Shown: piece by piece, positions 18,583 to 27,462 of the stretch
How the letters are laid out: every line of letters begins with the position of its first letter
Numbering within the stretch: the stretch's first letter is position 1
Assembly: GCA_037439645.1 (NCBI GenBank)
Contig: JBBIVQ010000007.1
Location: 9,029 to 73,028, forward strand
Direction of reading: 5' to 3'
DNA from: Deltaproteobacteria bacterium
Lineage (GTDB): Bacteria > Desulfobacterota > Deferrimicrobia > Deferrimicrobiales > Deferrimicrobiaceae
Length of the DNA: 64,000 nt
The notes under the pieces: model-generated
The model's database searches: none
Told to the model about the DNA's origin: nothing
Seen by the model: the letters and a program-made list of their open reading frames with translations, nothing else
Position numbers and translations under genes: made by a program

Positions 18583-19068
18583 ATGGGACTGGAACGCCTT
18601 TCCGAACTGCTTCGCAGGGGGATGATGATCGCCGGGGGCGTCTCGCTCCTGGCGCTCACCCTGCTGGCGACGACGAACGTCGCGTTGAGGGTCTTCCGGG
18701 TTCCGGTGAGCGGGACGTACGAGGTCGTCTCCTTCCTCGGCGCGATCGTCACCGCGGGCGCGCTCGGCTACACCCAGAAACGGAAGGATCATATCGTCGT
18801 CGACATCCTGTCGGACAGGTTTCCGGCTCCCGTAAAGCGCGTTCTCGACCGGGTGAACTTCGCGATCACCTTCGTCTTCTTCGCCATCGTTTCCTGGCAG
18901 ACCTTCGTTTACGGGAAACGGCTGATATCGACGGGCGAAGTGTCCGAAACCTTGAAGATCGCCTTCTCCCCGTTCGTGTTCCTCGTCGGTTTCGGGTTCG
19001 CCGTCCTTGCGCTGACGATCCTTCTCGACCTGGTCGAATCGGTCTGGACCCCCGCGGAGAGGAAATGA
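18583..19068 (+). CDS. dctQ: TRAP transporter small permease
   Basis: 161-aa protein with 4 TM helices, overlapping the dctM start by 4 nt. Confidence 0.8.
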   Translation: MGLERLSELLRRGMMIAGGVSLLALTLLATTNVALRVFRVPVSGTYEVVSFLGAIVTAGALGYTQKRKDHIVVDILSDRFPAPVKRVLDRVNFAITFVFFAIVSWQTFVYGKRLISTGEVSETLKIAFSPFVFLVGFGFAVLALTILLDLVESVWTPAERK

Positions 19069-20369
19069 GCGGGCCGATCGTCGGCGTGTACGGGATCGCC
19101 GCCATGTTTTTCATCCTGTTCGTACTCCGTGTCCCCGCCGCCTTCACCATGGCGCTGGTCGGGTTCGTCGGGATCGCCCGGGTGATCTCCTTCGACGCCG
19201 CTTTCGCGATCGTCGGCACGGAGATGTGGAACATCTTTTCCAGCTACGGACTGACGGTCATCCCGCTGTTCATCCTGGTCGGCGAGATCGTCCATTACGC
19301 CGGGTACAACTTCAGCCTCTACGACGCCACCTACAAATGGTTCGGGCATTTCCGCGGCGGGCTCGCGATGACGACGATCATGGCGTCGGCCGCCTTCTCG
19401 GCCATCTCCGGCTCCAACACGGCGACGGCGGCCACGATGAGCGCCGTCGCCATTCCCGCGATGAAGGAGTACGGATATCACCCGATGATGAACGCCGGGT
19501 CGGTCGCCGCCGGGGCGACGCTCGGCGTCCTCATCCCCCCCTCCATCGTGCTCGTCGTGTACGGTTTGTACACGGGGCAGTCGATCGGAAAACTCTTTTT
19601 CGGGAACATCATACCGAGCGCGATCCTGACCGTCGCCATCCTCGGGACGGTCGCCTGGATCTGCCGCCTTCATCCCGGCTGGGGACCGGCCGGGCCGAGG
19701 TTCGGCTGGAAAGAGCGGATGAAGGCGCTGCCCGCGGCGATCGACATCCTCGCTCTCTTCGGGATCATCATGTACGCCCTCTTCACGGGGGTCGTCACCG
19801 CGACGGAAGCCGCCGCCGCAAGCTGTTTCCTCGGGTACGCGATCTGCCTCGCCCGCCGCAAGCTCACGTGGAAGAAATTCGTCGACTCGATGACCGACAC
19901 GCTCCGCATCTCCTGCATGGTCTTCATGATCGTCGCCGGGGCGGTGATCTTCGCGCGGTTCCTCACGCTCACCCGCCTGCCGTTCGCGGCCGCGGAGTGG
20001 ATCCAGACCCTCGCGTTGCCGAAATGGATGGTGCTCTGGGTGATCCTGCTCTGCTACATCATCGGCGGGTGCGTCATGGACGCCCTCGCGTTCCTGCTCG
20101 TCTCCCTCCCGATCTTCTATCCCCTGGTCGTCCAGCTGGGGTACGACCCGATCTGGTTCGGGCAGGTGATCACCATCGTGACGACGATGGGCTCCATCAT
20201 GCCGCCCATCGGCATCTGCTGCTACGTCGTGTCCGGCATGTCAGGGATCCCGCTGGGGACCGTCTTCCGCGGCGCCTTCTACTACATGCCGTCGTACGTC
20301 GTCTCGATCGTCGTCCTCATGATATCGCCGTACTGGACCGTCCTCGTCCTGTCGGATCTCGTGAAATAG
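19065..20369 (+). CDS. dctM: TRAP transporter large permease
   Basis: 434-aa polytopic membrane protein of the DctM family (GYNFSLYDATYKWFGHFRGGLAMTTIMASAAFSAISGSNTAT...). Confidence 0.85.
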   Translation: MSGPIVGVYGIAAMFFILFVLRVPAAFTMALVGFVGIARVISFDAAFAIVGTEMWNIFSSYGLTVIPLFILVGEIVHYAGYNFSLYDATYKWFGHFRGGLAMTTIMASAAFSAISGSNTATAATMSAVAIPAMKEYGYHPMMNAGSVAAGATLGVLIPPSIVLVVYGLYTGQSIGKLFFGNIIPSAILTVAILGTVAWICRLHPGWGPAGPRFGWKERMKALPAAIDILALFGIIMYALFTGVVTATEAAAASCFLGYAICLARRKLTWKKFVDSMTDTLRISCMVFMIVAGAVIFARFLTLTRLPFAAAEWIQTLALPKWMVLWVILLCYIIGGCVMDALAFLLVSLPIFYPLVVQLGYDPIWFGQVITIVTTMGSIMPPIGICCYVVSGMSGIPLGTVFRGAFYYMPSYVVSIVVLMISPYWTVLVLSDLVK

Positions 20370-20388
20370 GCCGGCGGGAGGTCCTATC

Positions 20389-22218
20389 GTGAGCGGCCGC
20401 ATCCTGATGCAGGGGAACGACGCGATCGCGCGCGGACTGGTCGAGGCCGGCTGCGCGGTCGCCGCCTCCTACCCGGGAACGCCCGCCTCGGAGATCCTCT
20501 CGTCGATCGACCGGTGGCGGAAGCGGTCCGGATCGACGATGCACGTCGAATGGGCGGTGAACGAGAAGGTCGCGTTCGAGATCGCGTACACGGCCGGCAT
20601 CTCCGGCCTGCGCGCCGCGGTCGCCATGAAGCAGGTGGGGTTGAACGTCGCTTCCGACCCGTTCCTGAGCGCGGCATACCTCGGCGTGACCGGCGGGTTC
20701 CTGGTCGTCAGCGCCGACGACCCCGGTCCCCACTCCTCGCAGACGGAGCAGGACAGCCGCCTGCTGGCGATGATGGCGAAGGTCCCGGTCCTCGACCCCT
20801 CCTCCCCATCGCAGGCGATGGCGCTGGCTGGGGCGGGGTTCGAACTCTCGGAGGCGTTCGGAGTTCCCGTCATGCTGCGGCCGACGACGCGCGTCTGCCA
20901 CGCGAGCCAGGACGTCGATGCGCCCCCGTTCCATCCGCCGGCGCGGGAGGCCCGGTTCGTGAAGGATCCGGCCCGGTGGGCGGCGACCCCGGCGTTCCGC
21001 AGGAAGCTGCACGACCTCCTCGCGGGGAAAATCGCGGAAATCGGTTCCTGGACGGCAACCGCCCCGATACGGGTGAATCCGGGCGGTAAGCCCGCAAAAG
21101 CCGTGGTGGCATCGGGAGTCGCCTTCGCCCACGCAAGGGAGCTGTTCGGAGAGCTCGGGCTCACCGACCGGATCGCGCTCTACCAGGTGATCCAGCCGTA
21201 CCCGCTGCACGCGGCGTTCGTCGAGCATCTTCTCGATTCGTACCCCGGGATCCTCGTACTCGAGGAGTCCGCGCCGGTGATCGAGATGCAGATCGCCGAC
21301 CGGCGCCGGGTGCGGGGGCGAATGAACGGCACGGTTCCGGGAACGGGGGAGCTTCTCCCCGAAATCATCGAGCGGCTCCTCTCCCGGTTCGCCGGTCTTC
21401 CGGTTCCGGACGGGGCGCTCCCACCGCAGGGGGGCGGACGACGACCGACCTTGTGCCCGGGATGCGCGCACCGGTCGGCCTTCTACGCCATCCGGAAGGC
21501 GGTCCCCCGCGGTATCTACCCGAGCGACATCGGCTGCTACACGCTGGGGATCAATCTCGGCGCCGTCGATACGGTTCTCTGCATGGGGGCGGCGGTGAGC
21601 CAGGCGGCCGGTTTCGACTACGCCCACCGGCTCTCGGGGAAGCAGGTGGACATCGTCGCGACGATCGGCGACTCCACCTTCTACCACGCCGGGATCCCGC
21701 CCCTGATCGACGCCGTCGTCCAGGGAGCGCGGTTCGTTCTCGTCATCCTCGACAACGGGACGACGGCGATGACCGGGAACCAGCCGACGCCGGGGTCCGG
21801 GATCGGCGCGGGAGGGGAGACCACCGCGGCGGTCGACATGGAGGGGCTCGTGCGGGCCTGCGGCGTCCGGTTCTGCCGCGTGGCGAACCCCGATCGCATC
21901 CCGGAATTCGTCTCCCTTCTCAAGGAGGCGGTTGCACGCTCCCGGGAGGAAGGGGTAGCGGTGGTGATCGCCCGGCAGCCGTGCGCCATGGTCACGCTCG
22001 CCGCCCGGGGGAAGGAGCCGGGAGCGGTCGTGATCGCCGCGGAGTGCAACGGGTGCCGGCATTGCGTGGACCGGTTCGAATGCCCGGCCCTGGTTTTCGA
22101 CGAGGCGGGAAACCGGGTCCGGGTCGACGAGATGATCTGCACCGGCTGCGGCGTGTGCGTCCACGTCTGCCCGGTGGGCGCGATCCGGCGGGAATCGGCC
22201 GGGGAGAGGCGTGCATGA
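20389..22218 (+). CDS. iorA: indolepyruvate:ferredoxin oxidoreductase alpha subunit
   Basis: MSGRILMQGNDAIARGLVEAGCAVAASYPGTPASEI is the IorA N-terminus. A TPP-binding region GDSTFYHAGIPPLIDAV and C-terminal Cys clusters CNGCRHCVDRFECP...CTGCGVCVHVCP are present. Confidence 0.85.
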   Translation: MSGRILMQGNDAIARGLVEAGCAVAASYPGTPASEILSSIDRWRKRSGSTMHVEWAVNEKVAFEIAYTAGISGLRAAVAMKQVGLNVASDPFLSAAYLGVTGGFLVVSADDPGPHSSQTEQDSRLLAMMAKVPVLDPSSPSQAMALAGAGFELSEAFGVPVMLRPTTRVCHASQDVDAPPFHPPAREARFVKDPARWAATPAFRRKLHDLLAGKIAEIGSWTATAPIRVNPGGKPAKAVVASGVAFAHARELFGELGLTDRIALYQVIQPYPLHAAFVEHLLDSYPGILVLEESAPVIEMQIADRRRVRGRMNGTVPGTGELLPEIIERLLSRFAGLPVPDGALPPQGGGRRPTLCPGCAHRSAFYAIRKAVPRGIYPSDIGCYTLGINLGAVDTVLCMGAAVSQAAGFDYAHRLSGKQVDIVATIGDSTFYHAGIPPLIDAVVQGARFVLVILDNGTTAMTGNQPTPGSGIGAGGETTAAVDMEGLVRACGVRFCRVANPDRIPEFVSLLKEAVARSREEGVAVVIARQPCAMVTLAARGKEPGAVVIAAECNGCRHCVDRFECPALVFDEAGNRVRVDEMICTGCGVCVHVCPVGAIRRESAGERRA

Positions 22219-22793
22219 ACTCCGGCATCGGGAAGCCGCCTCTCTTGCGACGGCAGGTGGTCCTGTCCGGCGTCGGGGGGCAGGGGATCCTGTTCCTCTC
22301 CCGACTCCTGGCCGAGGCGGCGATCGCCGGCGGATTTCCGGTGCTCACCTCGGAAACCCACGGGATGGCGCAGCGCGGCGGGGTGGTCGTTTCCCACCTG
22401 AAGGTTGGGGAGTTCGAGAGCCCTCTCGTCCGCGCGGGCCGCGCGGATCTGCTCCTCGTCCTCAAGGAGGAGAACGTTCCCCTTCACCTGGGATTCCTCT
22501 CCGATGGCGGCGCCCTGGTCGTCAACGCGGCGGATCCGGTCGACGCGGGTCCCCGCAATGTCGCGCACACGATCGATGCCGATGCTCTCGCCGTCGCGGC
22601 CGGAATGCCGCACGCGGTCAACCTCGTCCTGCTCGGGTTCGCGCTCGCGCGCCTGGGCGGGAGCGCGGCGGGCGGTATCTTCTGCGGCGCGGGGGAGATC
22701 CGGGACGCGCTCTCCCGGCGCCACGGGGGAACCGGAAGCCGGCTCGCCGCTTCGTTCGCGGCCCTCGATCTCGGGATCGCACATGGAACGTGA
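22215..22793 (+). CDS. iorB: indolepyruvate:ferredoxin oxidoreductase beta subunit
   Basis: ATG overlaps the iorA stop (ATGA). LSGVGGQGILFLSRLLAEAAIAGGFPVLTSETHGMAQRGG is the pyruvate/ketoisovalerate oxidoreductase gamma-type fold typical of IorB. Confidence 0.8.
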   Translation: MNSGIGKPPLLRRQVVLSGVGGQGILFLSRLLAEAAIAGGFPVLTSETHGMAQRGGVVVSHLKVGEFESPLVRAGRADLLLVLKEENVPLHLGFLSDGGALVVNAADPVDAGPRNVAHTIDADALAVAAGMPHAVNLVLLGFALARLGGSAAGGIFCGAGEIRDALSRRHGGTGSRLAASFAALDLGIAHGT

Positions 22794-22808
22794 AAAGGAG
22801 TTCTCCCC

Positions 22809-24101
22809 ATGCTGAAACGGTTTCCCCCGAAATACCGGACGGACCGCGAGATGCTTGATCTTCAACTCGATGGTCTGCGTTGGACCGTCGAACACGCCTG
22901 GAACGGATCCCCTTTTTACCGGAAGCGTCTCGATGACGCCGGTGTGTCCCCCGCCTCGATCCGGTCGCTCGCGGACCTCGGGCGGATCCCCTTCACGACG
23001 GCGGACGATCTCCGGGAGGGATACCCCTATCCCCTGCGAGCCGTTCCGATGCGGGACATCGTCCGGATCCACTCTTCCTCGGGAACGACGGGGAAGCGGA
23101 AGATCCTCTGCTACACGCGGAAAGACATCGACGACTGGCGGGACATGTTCGGCCGGTGCTACGAGATGGCGGGGCTCACCCGCGAGGATCGGGTGCAGAT
23201 CTGCGTGGGGTACGGTCTATGGACGGCGGGGGCGGGATTCCAGTCGGGGGCGGAGCGGTTCGGGGCGATGGCGATCCCCTCCGGGCCCGGGAATCTCGAA
23301 CTCCAGTGCAATTTTCTCATCGATCTCGAGACGACCGTGCTCTGTTGCACCGCCTCGATGGGGCTTCTGGTGGCGGAGGAGGTGCACGCTCGCGGTCTGC
23401 GGGGGCGCCTCCGGCTGAAAAAGGTGATCCTCGGGGCCGAGCGGACGAGCCAGGCGATGCTTCAGACGATCCGGGACCTGCTTGGGGTCGAGGAGGTGTA
23501 CGACATCCCCGGGTTGACCGAACTGTACGGCCCCGGGACCGGCCTTTCCTGCCGGCACAACGCCGGGATCCACTACTGGTCGGACTACTACATCCTCGAG
23601 ATCCTCGACCCTTCGTCGCTCCTGCCGGTGGCGCCTGGAGAGATCGGTGAAATGGTCTACACGACGCTGCGCAAGGAGGCGTCGCCGCTCCTCCGGTACC
23701 GTTCCCGCGACCTGACCCGCCTGATCGATGGGCCGTGTCCGTGCGGATGCATCCTTCCTCGGCACGACCGGATCCTCGGCCGTTCCGACGATATGGTCGT
23801 TTTCAGGGGGGTGAACGTGTATCCCGGGCAGATCGACGAGGTCCTCTCGCGGACCGGAGGGGTCGGGAGCGAGTACCAGGTACTCCTCGACCGGAAACCC
23901 GACGGGAAGGATTACATGACCGTCAAGGTGGAAACGGCCGCGGGCCCCTCCGGGATCGACACGGCGCCGGTCGCCCGCGTCGTCGCGTCCGAGATCAAGC
24001 GGAACCTGATGGTCTCCTGCGCGGTCGAGCTGATCCCGTACGGGACCCTCCCGCGCTCCGAGCGCAAGACGAAGAGGATCTTCGACAACCGCCCCGTCTG
24101 A
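22809..24101 (+). CDS. paaK: phenylacetate--CoA ligase family protein
   Basis: LDGLRWTVEHAWNGSPFYRKRLDDAGV...IPFTTADDLREGYPY...IHSSSGTTGKRKILCYTRKDIDDW matches PaaK/coenzyme F390 synthetase-type adenylating enzymes. Confidence 0.85.
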   Translation: MLKRFPPKYRTDREMLDLQLDGLRWTVEHAWNGSPFYRKRLDDAGVSPASIRSLADLGRIPFTTADDLREGYPYPLRAVPMRDIVRIHSSSGTTGKRKILCYTRKDIDDWRDMFGRCYEMAGLTREDRVQICVGYGLWTAGAGFQSGAERFGAMAIPSGPGNLELQCNFLIDLETTVLCCTASMGLLVAEEVHARGLRGRLRLKKVILGAERTSQAMLQTIRDLLGVEEVYDIPGLTELYGPGTGLSCRHNAGIHYWSDYYILEILDPSSLLPVAPGEIGEMVYTTLRKEASPLLRYRSRDLTRLIDGPCPCGCILPRHDRILGRSDDMVVFRGVNVYPGQIDEVLSRTGGVGSEYQVLLDRKPDGKDYMTVKVETAAGPSGIDTAPVARVVASEIKRNLMVSCAVELIPYGTLPRSERKTKRIFDNRPV

Positions 24102-24106
24102 TCGGG

Positions 24107-26110
24107 TCACGCTCCCGGCGGCAATTCCGGCTCCACCCCGGCGCCGGCGAAGCGCGCGGCGATCTCGCGGAACTTCCCGTTCACCTCCAGGAACGCGTTC
24201 CTGGAGGCGGGATCGAAGTACGTTCCCCGCCGTTCGCCCATGGCGCGCACCGCATCCTCGTGGGACAGGGCAGGCTTGTAGACGCGGGGAGAGATGATCG
24301 CGTCGTAGGCGTCCGCAACGGCCATCAACCGGCCCGCGAGCGGGATCGCTTCTCCCCGCAGTCCGTTCGGGTACCCTGTTCCGTCCCACCGCTCGTGGTG
24401 GTTGAGGACGAGATCGTCGGCGATCTGGAAAAACGCGTCCTCCCCCATCATCCGTTTCGCCAGCCGGATCGTCTCGGATCCGTACAGCGTGTGCCGTTTC
24501 ATCTCCTCGTACTCCTCCTCCGTCAAACGGTCCGGTTTCAGGAGGATCCGGTCGCGCACGCCGACCTTCCCGATGTCGTGGAGCGGAGCGAGGCGGAAGA
24601 GGAGATCTACGGTGGCGTCGTCCAGCCGGTTCCGGTACGCCGGTTGCGACTGCATGCGTCCGGCGAGGACCCGGATGTAATGACGCGTCCGCTGGATGTG
24701 CCCCCCGGTTTCGTGGTGCCGGGTCTCGGTCAGCGCGGCGAGGCTCTGGATGATGGCGTCCTGGGTGAGGGCGAGTTTGCGTGTCCGTTCCCGGACCTCC
24801 CGGTCGGCCATGACGAAGCGCATGGAGGCGAGCGCGGCGAAAACCACCGCGAGCGTGGCGACCGGAAGAAGCGGAGGGAGGAAGATCCGTTTGTAGGCGA
24901 GGAGCGCCCAGGAGCCGAGCCAGATCGCCGCCGCGAACGGCACGATCATGGCGAGCCCCCAGGCGGCGCTGGAGCGCGCAAGGAGCGCGGTCAAAAGAAA
25001 TCCGGGAAACAGGACGAGGAGGAGTTTCACCACCCTCGACCATCGCGGCGCGGCGATCGGGTCCCCCGACAGAAGGTTGGAGAGGACGTTCGCGTGGATT
25101 TCCACGCCGGGCTGGGCGGCGTCGAGCGGAGTGGTGCGGATCTCCTTGAGACCGGCGGCGGTGGTGCCGAGAAGGACGAATTTCGATCTCAACCGGGACG
25201 GGTCCGGCAAACCCTCGAGAACGGCGGCGGCGGATAGATGGGGAAACGTGCGGTGAGGGCCGCGGAAGTTGACGAGCAGGTTGCCGTGACGATCGAGGGG
25301 AATCCGTTCTCCGCCGAGCCGGATCGCCTCGATCCCGTCGGAATTCGTCTCGAGGACGGTCCCGACGCCGCGGGCACGAAGGAACAGGGCGAGGGCGAGG
25401 GTCGGGTAGTGGTTCCCCCCGTGCCGGATCACGAGGGGGATGCGGCGCACGACTCCGTCCGGATCCGGGGTGACGTTGAAAAAACCGGAGGAGCCGGCCG
25501 CTCTCGCCAGCGCCGCCAGGTTGCAGACGACCCCGGGGGAGTCGAACAGGCCGTCGGCGTGGCCCGCACCCCCGTCCGCATGGATCGCCGCGCGAAGCGG
25601 GTGGAGCACGCAGGCCGCTCCCCGCGTCGACTCGAAGTCGAACTGGTACCCGAGGACGAAGGGGCCGCCGTCAAGGGCCTTCGCAAGGGTTCGGTCGGTG
25701 TCGAGCGCCTCCGGTGGAAATTCCGCGGGGTCGATCTTCGCGCCGATGTCCCGCAGGATCTCTCCGGAGAGGGTCGAAAGCGACGTCCGGTCGGGTTCCG
25801 CGAACACCATGTCCAGTCCCACCGCGGCCGCGCCGCCCTCCCGGATGCGTTCGAGGAGCCGGGCGACCCGGTACCGCGGCCAGGGCCACTGACCGAGACG
25901 TTCGAGGCTCGACTCGTCGAGATCGACGATCACGATCGACCCGTCCGCCGGACGATGGGGAGAGGAGCGGAGAAAGGAGTCGTAGATCTTCCCCTCGATG
26001 GAAACCGCCAGCGGCGGGGACCAGACGCAGAGAGCCCCGCCGAGAAGGGTGAGGGCTACGCCCGCAAGGGTCGTCGGGAGGGGGAGTCGGCGCTCCGGGT
26101 TTCTCGACAC
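24107..26110 (-). CDS. CHASE2 sensor domain fused to HD-GYP phosphodiesterase
   Basis: Proposed GTG start at 26110, directly after the OmpA-like stop. N-terminal TM, then a periplasmic CHASE2-like region (VIVDLDESSLERLGQWPWPR...GFFNVTPDPDGVVRRIPLV) and TM helices. C-terminal HD-GYP (LHDIGKVGV...HHERWDGTGYP). The long upstream extension in the ORF track overlaps two real genes and is rejected. Confidence 0.75.
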   Translation of the reverse strand: MSRNPERRLPLPTTLAGVALTLLGGALCVWSPPLAVSIEGKIYDSFLRSSPHRPADGSIVIVDLDESSLERLGQWPWPRYRVARLLERIREGGAAAVGLDMVFAEPDRTSLSTLSGEILRDIGAKIDPAEFPPEALDTDRTLAKALDGGPFVLGYQFDFESTRGAACVLHPLRAAIHADGGAGHADGLFDSPGVVCNLAALARAAGSSGFFNVTPDPDGVVRRIPLVIRHGGNHYPTLALALFLRARGVGTVLETNSDGIEAIRLGGERIPLDRHGNLLVNFRGPHRTFPHLSAAAVLEGLPDPSRLRSKFVLLGTTAAGLKEIRTTPLDAAQPGVEIHANVLSNLLSGDPIAAPRWSRVVKLLLVLFPGFLLTALLARSSAAWGLAMIVPFAAAIWLGSWALLAYKRIFLPPLLPVATLAVVFAALASMRFVMADREVRERTRKLALTQDAIIQSLAALTETRHHETGGHIQRTRHYIRVLAGRMQSQPAYRNRLDDATVDLLFRLAPLHDIGKVGVRDRILLKPDRLTEEEYEEMKRHTLYGSETIRLAKRMMGEDAFFQIADDLVLNHHERWDGTGYPNGLRGEAIPLAGRLMAVADAYDAIISPRVYKPALSHEDAVRAMGERRGTYFDPASRNAFLEVNGKFREIAARFAGAGVEPELPPGA

Positions 26111-26115
26111 GCGGG

Positions 26116-26766
26116 TTACCGGATCGTGATCTCGACCCGGCGGTTCCGGGGCTCCGGGACCTGGTCGCCGGTGGGGATGAGCGGGTTGTCCTTCCCGTGG
26201 GACGTGATGTCGAGAATCGAGCGATCGACGCCGCTCTTTTCGAGGATCGACGCCACCGCCTTTGCGCGCTTCAGGGAGAGGGCGTAGTTGTACTCCTTCT
26301 TCCCGACCGTGTCGGTGTGCCCCACCACGCTGATGTCCACCGGCGGGCGGTCCCGGATCGCCTGCACCACCTGTTTCAAGGATGCCTTCGACTCCCGCGT
26401 CAGGTCGGCCGAATCGTGCTCGAAATGGAGGATGTAGCGCAACGGGGGCTTCGGCAGAACCGCGAGGGCCGGGCCCGCCATCGCCTGCACCTCCGGCATG
26501 GGCATCAACGCGGGGGGCCCGGGAGCGGACCCCGCCTCCACCGTCACCGTTTCCCCGGGGCGATCCAGGCGGCGCTCCACCCCGCCGGCCGTCACTACGA
26601 TCGCGCCGGTCTTCCCCTGGTCGTCCGGAAGGAGGACGATGACGTCGCGTGCCGCCGGGGGCCCCGGCTTCAAGGGAGCGGCGCAGGAGGCGGCAAGGAA
26701 CAGGATCGGAATCGAAAGAGCGATCATCCGGCCGATCCCCGGGATCCGGTACGGAAACGCCCTCAT
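26116..26766 (-). CDS. OmpA-family peptidoglycan-associated (lipo)protein
   Basis: Signal/lipobox-like MIALSIPILFLAASC. C-terminal OmpA_C-like domain (ISVVGHTDTVGKKEYNYALSLKRAKAVASILEKSGVDRSILDITSHGKDNPL...RRVEI). The start ATGA-overlaps the upstream FecR-like gene. Confidence 0.75.
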   Translation of the reverse strand: MRAFPYRIPGIGRMIALSIPILFLAASCAAPLKPGPPAARDVIVLLPDDQGKTGAIVVTAGGVERRLDRPGETVTVEAGSAPGPPALMPMPEVQAMAGPALAVLPKPPLRYILHFEHDSADLTRESKASLKQVVQAIRDRPPVDISVVGHTDTVGKKEYNYALSLKRAKAVASILEKSGVDRSILDITSHGKDNPLIPTGDQVPEPRNRRVEITIR

Positions 26767-27227
26767 CGGGGAACCGCCTCCGCAACGGATACGGCGAAGC
26801 GGGTTCCCCGGATGCCGATCGTCGCGGTGGGGGTCTCGAAGCGCGCGTTTTCGGGTGCCAGTTTTCCGATCCATCCCGAGAGGTACGCCATCGTCCCCCG
26901 GGTGATGCGTGCCACCAGGGCGAATTTCCCCTCCGAGGGAGAAAACCGGAAGGTGCGGAGAAGCAGTCGGCTTTCCGGTCCGACGGAGAGGGAGGAGTCG
27001 TCGTGGAGGATGATGCCGATCGAACCGCCTCGGCCGGTGACGAGGGCATCGCCGGCCAGGAGCTTCAATCCGGGTTTGGCCGGGAGCGATTCCTTCCCGC
27101 GCGCCACGGCGGCGTCGCCGGACGCGGATCGCACAACGCCGACCGTTTCCCCGGCGCCCGCGGGACCGGGAACTGCAAGGAGGCAGAGTGCGTACACCAG
27201 AAGCGCGGCAGTCGGAACGTGCCCCAA
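26763..27227 (-). CDS. secreted FecR-domain-like protein (paralog of 16775..17236)
   Basis: TTG start at 27227 preceded by a GAGGGGGG RBS. Signal peptide ...TAALLVYALCLLAVPGPAGAG. Shares KGTMAYLSGWIGKLAPENARFETPTATIGIRGTRFAV with the paralog. Confidence 0.6.
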   Translation of the reverse strand: MGHVPTAALLVYALCLLAVPGPAGAGETVGVVRSASGDAAVARGKESLPAKPGLKLLAGDALVTGRGGSIGIILHDDSSLSVGPESRLLLRTFRFSPSEGKFALVARITRGTMAYLSGWIGKLAPENARFETPTATIGIRGTRFAVSVAEAVPR

Positions 27228-27358
27228 TTTCCACCCCCCTCGAAGGATTCCGTTCGATTTCTCCCCTTCAGTTATACCCTTCCCCACCCTGAACGTGTCA
27301 ATCATCCGGTATCGATCGCTGAGCCACGAGGTCGGGAAACTCCGGAAAACCCTTGAGG

Positions 27359-27373
27359 GCGAGCCCGGAGTCC
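27359..27373 (+). repeat. copy 3 (15-nt core) of the intergenic repeat
   Basis: GCGAGCCCGGAGTCC lies in the divergent FecR-like/GNAT intergenic region. It is preceded by the inverted ACTCCGG...CCGGAGT. Confidence 0.55.
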
Positions 27374-27387
27374 CATGGGCATCAATT

Positions 27388-27417
27388 GTTACCGTAATTA
27401 TGAAGGGGTGTACTAAG
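27388..27417 (+). promoter_or_regulatory. conserved 30-nt upstream element (copy upstream of GNAT gene)
   Basis: GTTACCGTAATTATGAAGGGGTGTACTAAG sits 46 nt upstream of the GNAT ATG. It contains a TAATTAT -10-like heptamer. Confidence 0.45.
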
Positions 27418-27462
27418 ATTGGAGAAAATGGAAGGCGATCGAAAAGGGAGGTTCCGGGAACG

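Noticed and set aside
20317-22164. 615-aa minus-strand ORF opposite iorA, and similar antisense ORFs opposite tssM (35470..37530) and vgrG (47542..49968)
   Set aside because: They are antisense to genes with unambiguous family signatures. Their compositions are typical of non-coding frames in GC-rich DNA.
24107-27049. 980-aa version of the CHASE2-HD-GYP ORF extending upstream
   Set aside because: The extension runs through the OmpA-like and FecR-like genes in another frame. An in-frame GTG directly after the OmpA-like stop gives a sensible TM/CHASE2 N-terminus.
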